Assembly: GCA_022711715.1 (NCBI GenBank)
Contig: JAKLEC010000001.1
Coordinates: 33,500-97,499 of the forward strand
Direction of reading: 5' to 3'
Origin: Acidobacteriota bacterium
GTDB lineage: Bacteria; Acidobacteriota; Aminicenantia; UBA2199
Length of the DNA stretch: 64,000 nucleotides
A model generated the notes under the pieces. That model was not told the origin of the DNA. It ran no database searches and saw only the letters and a program-made list of their open reading frames with translations. A program made the position numbers and the translations under genes. This document shows, piece by piece, positions 27,589 to 36,731 of the stretch. The first letter of the stretch is position 1. The number at the start of each line of letters is the position of its first letter.

Positions 27589-27759
27589 CATTGATTTCAT
27601 TGTTTGTCAACTTCGCCCCCAGTCCAAGTCAGCAGGGGCCACCTGGAACCCGCTTTTCGACATACGGCTCGAGGCCGGCGGAACAGGCGCTTGCGGAACG
27701 ATCCACCACACCCAGGCCAGCGCGTCTGCAGCCGAGCGCTCCCGCCACCGCCGTGCAAT

Positions 27760-29610
27760 TCACTTTTTAATCTTGAACTTTTTCAATTCTCCGTAATTTC
27801 GAGCCACGGAGAGAAGAACATCCCCGGCCGCCAGCCCATAAACGACCGACCACTGGGTCACATGGCCATCGCTGCTGGAAATGGACTTCAGGATATTCAT
27901 GGCCTCCGGCGGTGAAACGCTCCCCCGCGATCCCTTCAGCGCCTGGTACGCTTTCTGATATCGCCAGCACTGGCGCAGGTTTTTTTCGGGATCGTCATGG
28001 CCGACATTGAAATTGGTCGCCACCTGCCACGGCTCCCGGCTGCGGATGACATCGAGGTCCCCGCCCGGGTATTCAATGATCGCCGATCTGCCGGTGGCAT
28101 CCGCCAGCAGATAATGGCTGCCGAAAGCCGATGAATTGTTGTAGTTCTCGAACAGGGCGATCGCCTCGGGTACATCTGCCGCATAATCCAGCACCAGCCG
28201 GATCATTTGCGAGCCCTTCAGCGTCACCTTGAGAGGATCGATCCGGGTATCCCCGCCGTCAAAGATCGCCATGGAGGCAATGGCCAGGCCGCGCTCATTG
28301 ACGCCGCTGTGGGGAAAATCGGGAGCCGCCAACAGCGCCCTGCGCTCCGGCAGCGGCGCGAGCCGGATATCCCGCCCGCCATGTACCAGGTCATCCGCCG
28401 GCACCATGGAAACGGAAGCATAGGCGCCCGGAGGATGGGTGAAGAGAATGAGCGGCATGCTGTCTCGCCAATCCATATTGCTGCCCAGAAGGGCGCGGTT
28501 TCCCGAAATGTCCAAACCGGCGATGGCGCTGCAGGCATGCCCGGGATCGCTGTCATTCCTTGCCTCCCAAAACCAGTCTCCTTCCCATGGCCTCAACCCC
28601 GCGGCAAGCTTCTCTTCAAAGCCATAACCGCCGAAATACTCCATGGTATACAGGCCGGAATCGCCTATTTTTTCGAGGGTCTGCAGCGTTTTCTCCTGGA
28701 ATAGGCTCAATCCTGCGTGAGTCCCAGGCCGGAAATTCCCACTTATCGGCGTTTTCTCCCCGGCAAGTGGATTGCCGGGGAACAAGCCCTTCAACAGATA
28801 ATGATTCCGGAAATCCTCCGGCCAGCCATCTTCGCCCCAGGCCCGCCATTCCCCGCATGGCCGCCCTGCCCGCCATTCGCCTTGAAACTGCCGGCCGCCA
28901 TTCTCATGCCAGCGTACCTGGGCTCCATGCCTTTCTCCATTGCGGAAAGCGACCTCCTCCTTCATCCGCCCGTTGGCATGCCACCTTGTCCATATCCCCT
29001 CCGGTATCCCCTGGCGGCACGCGCCCTGCTCTTTTCTTGCCCCATTGGCATGCCAAGTGCGGTACTCGCCATGGGGCTTTCCCTGTCGGCACGCGATGCG
29101 ATACCTCATCCTGCCCTGTTCGTCCCAACCGGTCAGACGGCCGTGAAGGTTTCCCTCCAGGAACTGCCCCCTGAACCGGATGGCGCCATTTTCGAACCAC
29201 AATATTTTATCCCCATGCGGCACGCCGTTGCGAAACCGGGCTTCCTCCATTTTTTTGCCGTTTTCATGCCAGCGGGTCAGGTTCCCGTTCAACCGCCCTT
29301 GAGTGAATTCAGCCTCCATTTTCCTTTGCCCGTCTTCGCTCCAGGCGATGCTCTTCCCCTCGAGCCTGCCGTTTCTGAATTCACTGAGATATTTCATTCG
29401 CCCGTTGGCGAATGCTTTACGGGCAACCCCGCTGAAGGGCTTTTTTTCACCCCGGACATGGTACACGCCCTCCAGCTCATGCAGATCCTCGAGCGACATC
29501 TCCCGCTTGCAGCCGACCGAAACAAAGCCGACGGCCAGAACCAGCCACAGCCATTCACGAGATCGGCAAGCCCCCGACCGAGAGCTCCCCCTGCGGTCAA
29601 TTTCCCCCAT
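27760..29610 (-). CDS. Lipoprotein with MORN-variant repeats and C-terminal C45/Ntn-hydrolase-like (acyl-CoA:6-APA acyltransferase-type) domain
   Basis: Start near MGEIDRR with WLWLVLAVGFVSVGC lipobox. Many GxxxGxWxxWxENG repeats. C-terminal region resembles peptidase C45 / linear amide hydrolases (low certainty). Confidence 0.5.
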   Translation of the reverse strand: MGEIDRRGSSRSGACRSREWLWLVLAVGFVSVGCKREMSLEDLHELEGVYHVRGEKKPFSGVARKAFANGRMKYLSEFRNGRLEGKSIAWSEDGQRKMEAEFTQGRLNGNLTRWHENGKKMEEARFRNGVPHGDKILWFENGAIRFRGQFLEGNLHGRLTGWDEQGRMRYRIACRQGKPHGEYRTWHANGARKEQGACRQGIPEGIWTRWHANGRMKEEVAFRNGERHGAQVRWHENGGRQFQGEWRAGRPCGEWRAWGEDGWPEDFRNHYLLKGLFPGNPLAGEKTPISGNFRPGTHAGLSLFQEKTLQTLEKIGDSGLYTMEYFGGYGFEEKLAAGLRPWEGDWFWEARNDSDPGHACSAIAGLDISGNRALLGSNMDWRDSMPLILFTHPPGAYASVSMVPADDLVHGGRDIRLAPLPERRALLAAPDFPHSGVNERGLAIASMAIFDGGDTRIDPLKVTLKGSQMIRLVLDYAADVPEAIALFENYNNSSAFGSHYLLADATGRSAIIEYPGGDLDVIRSREPWQVATNFNVGHDDPEKNLRQCWRYQKAYQALKGSRGSVSPPEAMNILKSISSSDGHVTQWSVVYGLAAGDVLLSVARNYGELKKFKIKK

Positions 29611-29777
29611 GGCGTGATTGTAGTGATCCCCGCCCGCGATGTCAAAAAGTCCCTCGCCGCTGGAACAAGGCGGAACCCGCTGAAGCGGGCGCGGGTACAA
29701 GTCACGCGGAGAGGCGTTTCGCCATGGGGGCCCCCCATTTTCCCCCCAGCATGATATACTGTCCATTTGGAGGCCGA

Positions 29778-30488
29778 ATGTCCCTCGCCACAGCCTTTCC
29801 CGGTTTTCCCAAGCGAACCGTGGAGTTCCTGCGCGAACTGAAGAAGCATAACGACCGCGAATGGTTCGCCGCCCATCGCGGCGAGTACGAGGAGGCGGTG
29901 ATGGCGCCGGCCCGGGCCTTCGTCCTGGCCCTGGGCGAGCGGCTGCGGCGCCTGGCGCCCGCCCTCCGCTTCGAGCCGCGGGTGAACGGGTCGATCTTCC
30001 GCGTGCAGCGCGACACCCGCTTCAGCGCCGACAAGACCCCCTACAAGACCAACCTGGGGGTCTATTTCTGGGAGGGCGCCGCCCGGCGCATCGACAGCTC
30101 GGGGTTCTACTTCCATGTCGAGCCGCCGGTCCTGATCCTGGGCGGCGGCATGTACGTCTTTACCCGGCCTTTCCTTGCCCAATACCGCCAGGCCGTCGCC
30201 GACCCCGCCATCGGCCCCGAGCTGGCCGCCATCACCAGCCGCATCGCCGCCAGGCCCGGCTTCACGGTCGAGGGCGCCCGCTACAAGCGCCTGCCAGCCG
30301 GATTCGAGGCTGACCCGGAGACCGCTCCCCTGCTCCTGCACGACGGCCTGTACGCCGGCTGGGAGGGACGCATCCCCCCCGAGCTGCACTCCCCCGCCCT
30401 GGTCGGGTTCTGCCTCGAGAAGTTCAAGGCCATGCTGCCGCTGCACCGGTGGCTTTGCGATCTGGCAGGCGGCAAATTCAAGCCCTAG
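29778..30488 (+). CDS. DUF2461 (TIGR02453) family protein
   Basis: MSLATAFPGFPKRTVEFLRELKKHNDREWF is the family N-terminal signature. Confidence 0.75.
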   Translation: MSLATAFPGFPKRTVEFLRELKKHNDREWFAAHRGEYEEAVMAPARAFVLALGERLRRLAPALRFEPRVNGSIFRVQRDTRFSADKTPYKTNLGVYFWEGAARRIDSSGFYFHVEPPVLILGGGMYVFTRPFLAQYRQAVADPAIGPELAAITSRIAARPGFTVEGARYKRLPAGFEADPETAPLLLHDGLYAGWEGRIPPELHSPALVGFCLEKFKAMLPLHRWLCDLAGGKFKP

Positions 30489-31140
30489 AGTGTTAGTGTT
30501 AGTGTTTGTGTTCGCAACGGCAAACGAACGAACTAAGCAGTATTGACAACTCATTGCCGTCCGAAATAAATCGTTTTTTATAGGAAATCAGTACTGCAAA
30601 TGGTTTTGGGGCTACCTCATACGGTTTTTATGGCTAGGTCGGCTGCTTGTAAGACTAAAATTCCAAGCACCAAGCAGCAAATTTCAAATAAATTCCAAGT
30701 TCCATCAAAGCCAGAAGCAAGTGTCAGTGTGAGTGTCAGTGTCAGCAAATCCAAACGGAAATGATGCTAAATTCTCGCTGTCACTGGCACTGTCACAGTG
30801 CTTTGTTTTGTTCATTTGGACATTGGTGTTTGGTGCTGATTTGGAATTTGGTGCTTGGAAATTGGTGCGTAAGTCCTCCCAGTTTCTAAAAGTTATTTTG
30901 GACAGATCTGTTGACAACTCTGTCCTGATCGAGTTCTCCATTATTCAGAATCCTGGCTTTCCTAACACGAACACTAACACGAACACAAACACAAAAGATT
31001 TGAGGTTCTGCGAGCAAGGGCGCCGTTCTTGCCGGGGCCGGGCGGGAGGCCCGGCTATATCTTTGGGTTTATTCGTCAAATTCTACCTTCAGGACTATTG
31101 TTTCATCCGCTTTTCAATTTTATAAGAAAATAACAAGCCT
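30489..31140. repeat. Composite intergenic repeat cluster (GTGTTAG, family-B element, TGTCAGTG, TGGAATTTGGTGCTTGG, AACACGAACAC modules)
   Basis: 30580-30680 (CTGCAAATGGTTTTGGGGCTACC...TAAGACTAAAATTCCAAGCACCAAG) recurs reverse-complemented at 39365-39465 and direct at 39170-39200. Confidence 0.8.
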
Positions 31141-31175
31141 GAATCCATGAAAAGCGAACCCACATGAGGTTGATC

Positions 31176-32480
31176 ATGAAGTTTGTGAAAGCGGGATTAA
31201 CGGCCCTGAGCGCCTGGGCCGTCCTCACGGCGGTCCTGTCCGGCCAGGCGGTCAGCGGCCGTATCGTGGGCACGATCCGCGACGAGGAGAACCGCAAGCT
31301 GGCGGGCGTGCAGGTGACGCTGGTGAACGCCAACAACAACTCCAGGCGCACGACCTGCTCGGGAAAGGAAGACGGCATGTTCCGCATGCTCGGCCTGCAG
31401 CCCGGCTATTATCAGCTCGAATTCGAGCTGGCGGGCTACGAGCCCTATACGCTGGGCGGCATTGCCCTCTCGGTGGAGCAGTCGGTCACCCTAAGCGTCA
31501 AGCTGAAAAAGGCCGCGGCCCGCGGCATATCCGTGAGCGCCGCCTCCGGCTCCTTCATGCCGGAGCAGACGGCCTCGGCTCCCGACGGTCCCGCGGGGCC
31601 TCCCCCCGCCTCCGGCTTGCCCGAAGAGGATGATCAGCCGGCCAGGACGAACTTTTTCGCGGAGCGGCAGCGATGGGCGATCCATTTCAGCCTCAGCGCG
31701 AATTACCTCGCCGGAGGCGACAGCAATGCCTACCTGCGCGCATTCCCCGACCGCGTAGGGGATAGGATCACCGACTCATTCGAGACGATGCACTCGGGTT
31801 CCGACCTGAGCGTCGAAGTGGGCTTTCGCGCCACGCCGCGACTGGAGTTCGCCCTCGGTGCGGGACTGGTGAGGGCCCGGAAACGGAACAACGACCTGAG
31901 CTGCTTCAGGCCAGGGACCTACCAGAATCGTCCGACCTACTTTAAAGAACAATATATGATCGACCTTCAGGCCAAGACGTTCCCCGTGCAGCTGATCTGC
32001 CGCTATTGGCTGGCCAGCAAGGGAAGCCGCATCTACAGCGTGTATGTCGCGATCCTGTTCCATTTCGCGTCCTGGAGCATGAGCACCTATCACCAGCCGC
32101 GGATGAATTTCTACCAACCGTATGAGTCGATCGAGCTGGAAACCGCATCGCGGCAGGGCCTGGGACTCGCGGCCGGCGGCCGCATCGAATGGAGGCTGGA
32201 CGACCATCTTTCCTTCTCCGTCGACCTCGGCGGCCGCTACGCCCCGCTGCGATATTTTTCAGGAGAGCGAACGTATTATGGGAACGGGAATACTCAAGCT
32301 CCCCAGGTCAGCCGCGGCCATCTCTGGTTTTTCGAGTTTTCCGACCCGGCCAGCCACAAATGGGTGAAGGAGCTCAGCATCGGCGACCGCCCGGCAGGAG
32401 AGGGCATTCGCAACGTCTCCAGCGCCACGGTCGATTTTTCCGGCCTGGCCCTGCGCCTCGGGTTCCTGTTCCGCATTTAG
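31176..32480 (+). CDS. Outer-membrane protein: N-terminal carboxypeptidase-regulatory-like (CarbopepD_reg) domain plus beta-barrel
   Basis: Signal peptide. GRIVGTIRDEENRKLAGVQVTLVN prealbumin-like fold. C-terminal LGFLFRI. Confidence 0.5.
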   Translation: MKFVKAGLTALSAWAVLTAVLSGQAVSGRIVGTIRDEENRKLAGVQVTLVNANNNSRRTTCSGKEDGMFRMLGLQPGYYQLEFELAGYEPYTLGGIALSVEQSVTLSVKLKKAAARGISVSAASGSFMPEQTASAPDGPAGPPPASGLPEEDDQPARTNFFAERQRWAIHFSLSANYLAGGDSNAYLRAFPDRVGDRITDSFETMHSGSDLSVEVGFRATPRLEFALGAGLVRARKRNNDLSCFRPGTYQNRPTYFKEQYMIDLQAKTFPVQLICRYWLASKGSRIYSVYVAILFHFASWSMSTYHQPRMNFYQPYESIELETASRQGLGLAAGGRIEWRLDDHLSFSVDLGGRYAPLRYFSGERTYYGNGNTQAPQVSRGHLWFFEFSDPASHKWVKELSIGDRPAGEGIRNVSSATVDFSGLALRLGFLFRI

Positions 32481-33020
32481 CCGGAACAGGCTATCGCGAC
32501 ACGCGACAGGTAACAGCGATGGACGGATCCGTCGCGATTCGCATTTCGTGACGAAATCGGCAGACGGTTTACGGGGTACGGTTTACGGGAAAGCCATTCG
32601 GAGCTAACGCTCCTCGGGGACGCCGCCCCTGGCGGGGCCGGCGGCGTCGAACCTTGCTGCATCCGAAAAGTGTCAGTGACAGTGTCCGTGTCAGCAAGAA
32701 GGGAAAAGGGGTAGAGAGATAGAGTGGTAGAGGGGGAAAGCAAGAAACAGCCCGGGAGATTTCTTTGCATGGCCGCCACTTTTTCTCTTTCCCACTTTAC
32801 CTCTCTACCACTTTACCTCTCTAGCACTGAGCGTCCTGGCACAGCGAGCAAGAACGATCAGCCCCTAACTAGAAATCCTGAGCACCCAAGCGAATTGGCC
32901 TTCGTTACGTCGAATCCCACTCGGAGCTAACGCTCCTCGGGGACGCCGCCCCTGGCGGGGCCGGCGGCGTCGAACCTCGAACGTCGAACCTTAAAGCATC
33001 TTTAGTATTTCCTGATAGCG
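32481..33020. repeat. Composite repeat cluster with two reverse-orientation copies of the family-A hairpin element
   Basis: 32595-32655 (half element) and 32850-32995 (full). Also contains GTCAGTGACAGTG and GA-rich modules. Confidence 0.85.
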
Positions 33021-33542
33021 CTAAGGTTTCCTGTAGAAATAGACCTCGAAGCTCTCTTCGCTCTCCTTGACCAGCCAGTGCTCGAGCCCCAGGCTGGCGC
33101 CCTTGTCGATCAGCGGCGCCGGCAGGAAGGGGGCGCTCAGCTTATAGATGGTCCCCGGCGCCAGGGCGGCCAGGTCGGCCATCGCCTGGTTGACCGGCTG
33201 CTCGCCGGCGGCCAGCAGCGGCCGGGCGTCCAGCTCCTTCGCCACGCGAGCCGCGTCGAACCAGCCCGGGCGCTCCGTGCGGTACGCCGAGCCGGCTCCG
33301 CCGGCATAGAGGTCCTGGCCGGCCTCACGGCGCAGGCGGTTGACCAGCTCGTCCACCGCCACGCTGCCGACGGCCGCCGCCTGCTGCAGCGTGGCCACCC
33401 GGGCCACGGTCCGGCGCAGCACCGGGTTCTGCAGCTTGCGGAAGGCCGGGACCATCGCCACCAGCACCGCCTCCAGCTGCGGGTAGGCCTCGAGCAGCTG
33501 CAGCACCTTCGTCTTGGGGGTGATGACGGGCTTTTCGTCCAC
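33021..33542 (-). CDS. DUF1858 + DUF2249 domain protein
   Basis: N-terminal ITPKTKVLQLLEAYPQLEAVL...TVARVATLQQAAAV (DUF1858). Typical partner of DUF438 proteins. Confidence 0.65.
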   Translation of the reverse strand: MDEKPVITPKTKVLQLLEAYPQLEAVLVAMVPAFRKLQNPVLRRTVARVATLQQAAAVGSVAVDELVNRLRREAGQDLYAGGAGSAYRTERPGWFDAARVAKELDARPLLAAGEQPVNQAMADLAALAPGTIYKLSAPFLPAPLIDKGASLGLEHWLVKESEESFEVYFYRKP

Positions 33543-33545
33543 GGC

Positions 33546-34778
33546 TCACTCCCCATACTGCAGGATGCGCCGCTGGCCTTCGAGCCGGCGGTAGCGATCC
33601 ACGTCGTGCGACACCTCGAGCGTCCCCAGGTACTCCCCCTTGTCGTTGCGCAGGGCGAAATACTCGATGTGGACGAACTTGTCCCCCATCTGGATCCAGA
33701 AAGGGGCGCGACTCTGGCGACCGCTCTTGAAGTCGTCCACGATCCTCTCGACGATGTGGGCGCTGGCCGGTGGGTGGCAGTGGCGCACGTCGCGGCCCAG
33801 AATGGCGCGGTTGCGCTGGAAGACGCGCTCGCTGCCCTGGGTGAAGTAGCGCACCTTGTCGTCGCGGTCGACGAAAGTCATGTCCACCGGCACGGTGTTG
33901 AGAATGGCGAGCAGTTCCTCGGCGGAGAAGGAGCCGGAGGGCAGGGTGATCCGTCCCAGCGCGCCGGCGTTCGCTGCGGTTTCCTCGGCCGGGGCGCCGG
34001 CGGCGGAAGCGGGCCATGCATCCGCCGGATCCACGAGGCAATATCCGAACTGCGGCGATTGCCGCGAGATATCCCGCCAATCGGCCTCCGCCAGCTTGTC
34101 CAGCGCCATGGGGAACAGGATCTCCTCCTCCTTGACCGTCATGTCGTCGATGGCCTGCAGCGCCGGCTCGAGCAGGATGCCGGCGGCGGCCAGCAGCTCG
34201 TCGCGCCCCGCGTACGGCGCCTGCAGCGCCTCGATGCTCCCTTTCAGCAGGTCGCGGATCTCGTCGTGCTTGCCCCACATCACCTTGGGCGGCCCGGTCA
34301 CGCCCAGCTTCTCCAGGTAGGGGAAGACCAGGTACTCCTTGCGCTGGTAGTGCTTGTCGGCGTCGAAGAGCTGGTTGAGCGCCTCGCGCAGCTCCAGGAC
34401 CGCGGCCGGGAGGTCGCCGCCCGCACCCAGCGCGGCCAGCGCCTCGCGCGCCCCAGCCGTGGCCTTGCGCAGCTCGGCGTTCTCGCGGCGGAAGACGTCG
34501 ACCGGGTGTCCCGGCGGTACCTCTTTCTGGCCGCTGAGGTCGACGCGGCCGTGCAGCACCGCCGAGTGGGCGTCGCAGAGGCGCAGCACCTCGGACTCGG
34601 GCAGCCCCTCGCCGATCAGCTCCTGCTCGACCTCGACCACCTCGCCGTAGGGGATGCTGGCCAGGCTCTGCAACAGCTCCCGGCGCACCGCCTCCTCCCC
34701 CTGGCCGGCGTGCAGCTTGAGGATCAGCTCCTTCAGCTTTTTCTTCCTGTCCTTTGAGTTGTCGATTATCTCGCTCAT
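33546..34778 (-). CDS. DUF438 / hemerythrin-like / PAS domain protein
   Basis: Start MSEIIDN (34778). N-terminal DUF438, hemerythrin-type H/E-rich segment, C-terminal PAS-like region. Confidence 0.65.
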   Translation of the reverse strand: MSEIIDNSKDRKKKLKELILKLHAGQGEEAVRRELLQSLASIPYGEVVEVEQELIGEGLPESEVLRLCDAHSAVLHGRVDLSGQKEVPPGHPVDVFRRENAELRKATAGAREALAALGAGGDLPAAVLELREALNQLFDADKHYQRKEYLVFPYLEKLGVTGPPKVMWGKHDEIRDLLKGSIEALQAPYAGRDELLAAAGILLEPALQAIDDMTVKEEEILFPMALDKLAEADWRDISRQSPQFGYCLVDPADAWPASAAGAPAEETAANAGALGRITLPSGSFSAEELLAILNTVPVDMTFVDRDDKVRYFTQGSERVFQRNRAILGRDVRHCHPPASAHIVERIVDDFKSGRQSRAPFWIQMGDKFVHIEYFALRNDKGEYLGTLEVSHDVDRYRRLEGQRRILQYGE

Positions 34779-35003
34779 GTTGTACCCCCCGATTGCAAGA
34801 CGGGTCATATTACCCGACCGGGACCGGGAATGCAAATTCGGAACCCTGCGCAGGAGAGATCTGAATTTAGTTTCATGACATCCACTTAATTATTGAATAA
34901 TATCAATATTTTATTAATAAAATTATTTATTTTTTTAATTTATATATTGATTTTTATAATTTTTATGTCATAATTGTTTCATAAAATCAATGGAGGTCGA
35001 CCA

Positions 35004-35372
35004 ATGGCCAACGACTGGCAGGAACTGACCCGGCTGACCCAGGGCGCTCCCCTGACCGTGGAGAAGGTGCGCCTGGCCGACAGCGGCATCGCCGTCGAGG
35101 GGAGTTTCGAGCTCCCGCCCCTGGCCCGCCTGAGGCAGGAGGACCAGATCTTCGTCACCGCCTTCCTGCGCTGCCACGGCTCGATCAAGGAGATGGAGGA
35201 GCTGTTCGGCATCTCCTACCCCACGGTGAAGAACCGCCTGAATCGCATCGCCGCCCAGCTGGAGTTCGTCGAGATCAACCCGCCGCCCTCGGCCATGGAC
35301 CTGCTCAAGCGCCTGGAGAAGGGCGAGATCGGCGTCGAGGAGACGCTGAAGAAGCTGGAGAAGCGCCCATGA
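35004..35372 (+). CDS. DUF2089 family protein
   Basis: Start MANDWQ. IFVTAFLRCHGSIKEMEELFGISYPTVKNRLNRI matches DUF2089 HTH region. Confidence 0.7.
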   Translation: MANDWQELTRLTQGAPLTVEKVRLADSGIAVEGSFELPPLARLRQEDQIFVTAFLRCHGSIKEMEELFGISYPTVKNRLNRIAAQLEFVEINPPPSAMDLLKRLEKGEIGVEETLKKLEKRP

Positions 35373-35650
35373 TCCCGCTGTGGATGTGGATCCGCGTCGA
35401 GGAGCCGGGCCGGCGGCGCACGGCTTTCCCGGTGCCGCTGTTCCTGGCCTGGCTGCTGCTGGCCGCCCTGCTGCTCCTGCTGCTGCCCTTCGTCCTGCTG
35501 GCGGCGCTCCTTTCCTGGCCCTGGGGCTGGGGTGGACCGCTGCTGAAAATGTACGGCCAGCTGTTCGTCCTGATCGGCTCGCTGTCGGGCCTGCGCATCG
35601 ACGTCGAATCCCGCGAGGGCGGCAGGGTCACGCGCCTGGTGATGAAGTAA
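35369..35650 (+). CDS. Hypothetical small membrane protein (DUF2089-associated)
   Basis: ATGA overlap with upstream gene. Two hydrophobic helices. Confidence 0.45.
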   Translation: MIPLWMWIRVEEPGRRRTAFPVPLFLAWLLLAALLLLLLPFVLLAALLSWPWGWGGPLLKMYGQLFVLIGSLSGLRIDVESREGGRVTRLVMK

Positions 35651-35666
35651 AATTAAGGAGAATAAA

Positions 35667-36077
35667 ATGAGCGAGGAAAAGAGAAAGATCCTGGAGATGC
35701 TGGCCGACAAGAAGATCTCGGTCGACGAGGCCGAGAAGCTGCTGGCCGCCGTTTCGGAAGCGCCGGCCGCCTCCGGCCCCGCCCAGGCAAAGGGGCCCAA
35801 ATACCTGCGCGTGCTGGTCGAGCCGGCGCCGGGCAACAAGGAGGGCGACCGGGTGAACGTCCGCGTGCCGCTGAACCTGGTGCGCGCCGGCCTGAAGTTC
35901 GCCAGCTTCATCCCGCCGCAGGTGCAGGAGAAGGTCAACTCCGAGCTGAAGGAGAAAGGGGTGCCCTTCGACCTCAGCCATTTCAACGCCCAGGACGTCG
36001 AGGCGCTGCTGGTCCACCTGAACGACCTGACCGCCGAAGTCGAGGGCAAGGAGAACGTCAGGGTTTTTTGTGAATAA
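35667..36077 (+). CDS. Hypothetical protein with SHOCT-like N-terminal motif
   Basis: KKISVDEAEKLL motif. AAGGAG RBS. Third gene of DUF2089 trio. Confidence 0.5.
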   Translation: MSEEKRKILEMLADKKISVDEAEKLLAAVSEAPAASGPAQAKGPKYLRVLVEPAPGNKEGDRVNVRVPLNLVRAGLKFASFIPPQVQEKVNSELKEKGVPFDLSHFNAQDVEALLVHLNDLTAEVEGKENVRVFCE

Positions 36078-36079
36078 AA

Positions 36080-36700
36080 CGCACTGGGGTTCCACGTACC
36101 ACGTACCATGTTCCATGTTGAAGAGATTTCGGAAATCATCGGACGGCAAGGGAGAAGCTCAGGGAAGACAGAGGGAAGAATGAGGAAAGAGAGAGGGAAG
36201 AGAGAGTGGGAAAAGCCCTTTCTATGTGCTTGTGTCAGTGTTTGTGTTAGCGAAGGCAATCGGGCGAAACTAAAAAAAATGAAAGAGAATAAAAGCCTGC
36301 GCCTGGCGCAGTGACAAGCAGGATACCATGCGCAAGACAACCCCAAGCAAAGAACGCCGACAAGACAAACGGAGACCAGACCGCCGCGCCCAGGAGCGCA
36401 AAACAAATGGCCCCGCGCCGGGAGCCGTGCTTCTCTTCCCATTCAGCACCCTGCTGCTGGGTCCGCTGCTGGCCGGCGTCGAGCGGAAGCATCCTTCAGC
36501 TCGTCGAGCTCAGGGAAGATAGAGGGAAGAGAGAGAGAAGAGAAAGGGAAGAGAAGTGGGAAAAGTCCTTCCGAAAGTTCTTTCTCACTCTGTCTTCCCT
36601 CTGCCTTCCCTCTGTATTCCCTTTCTCTTCCCTGCAGTATCTTAGAGCTTGCGCTCCGGCGAGATTTTCCGCCCTGGCCGCTATTCATATAGTATAGGAA
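36080..36700. repeat. Composite repeat cluster with two GA/CT-rich inverted-repeat modules
   Basis: 36130-36240 and 36510-36640 related to 10585-10720. Also TGTCAGTGTTTGTGTTAG module. Confidence 0.8.
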
Positions 36701-36731
36701 CTGCCGGCAACAGGCGGCGCGGGGAGGGAGC

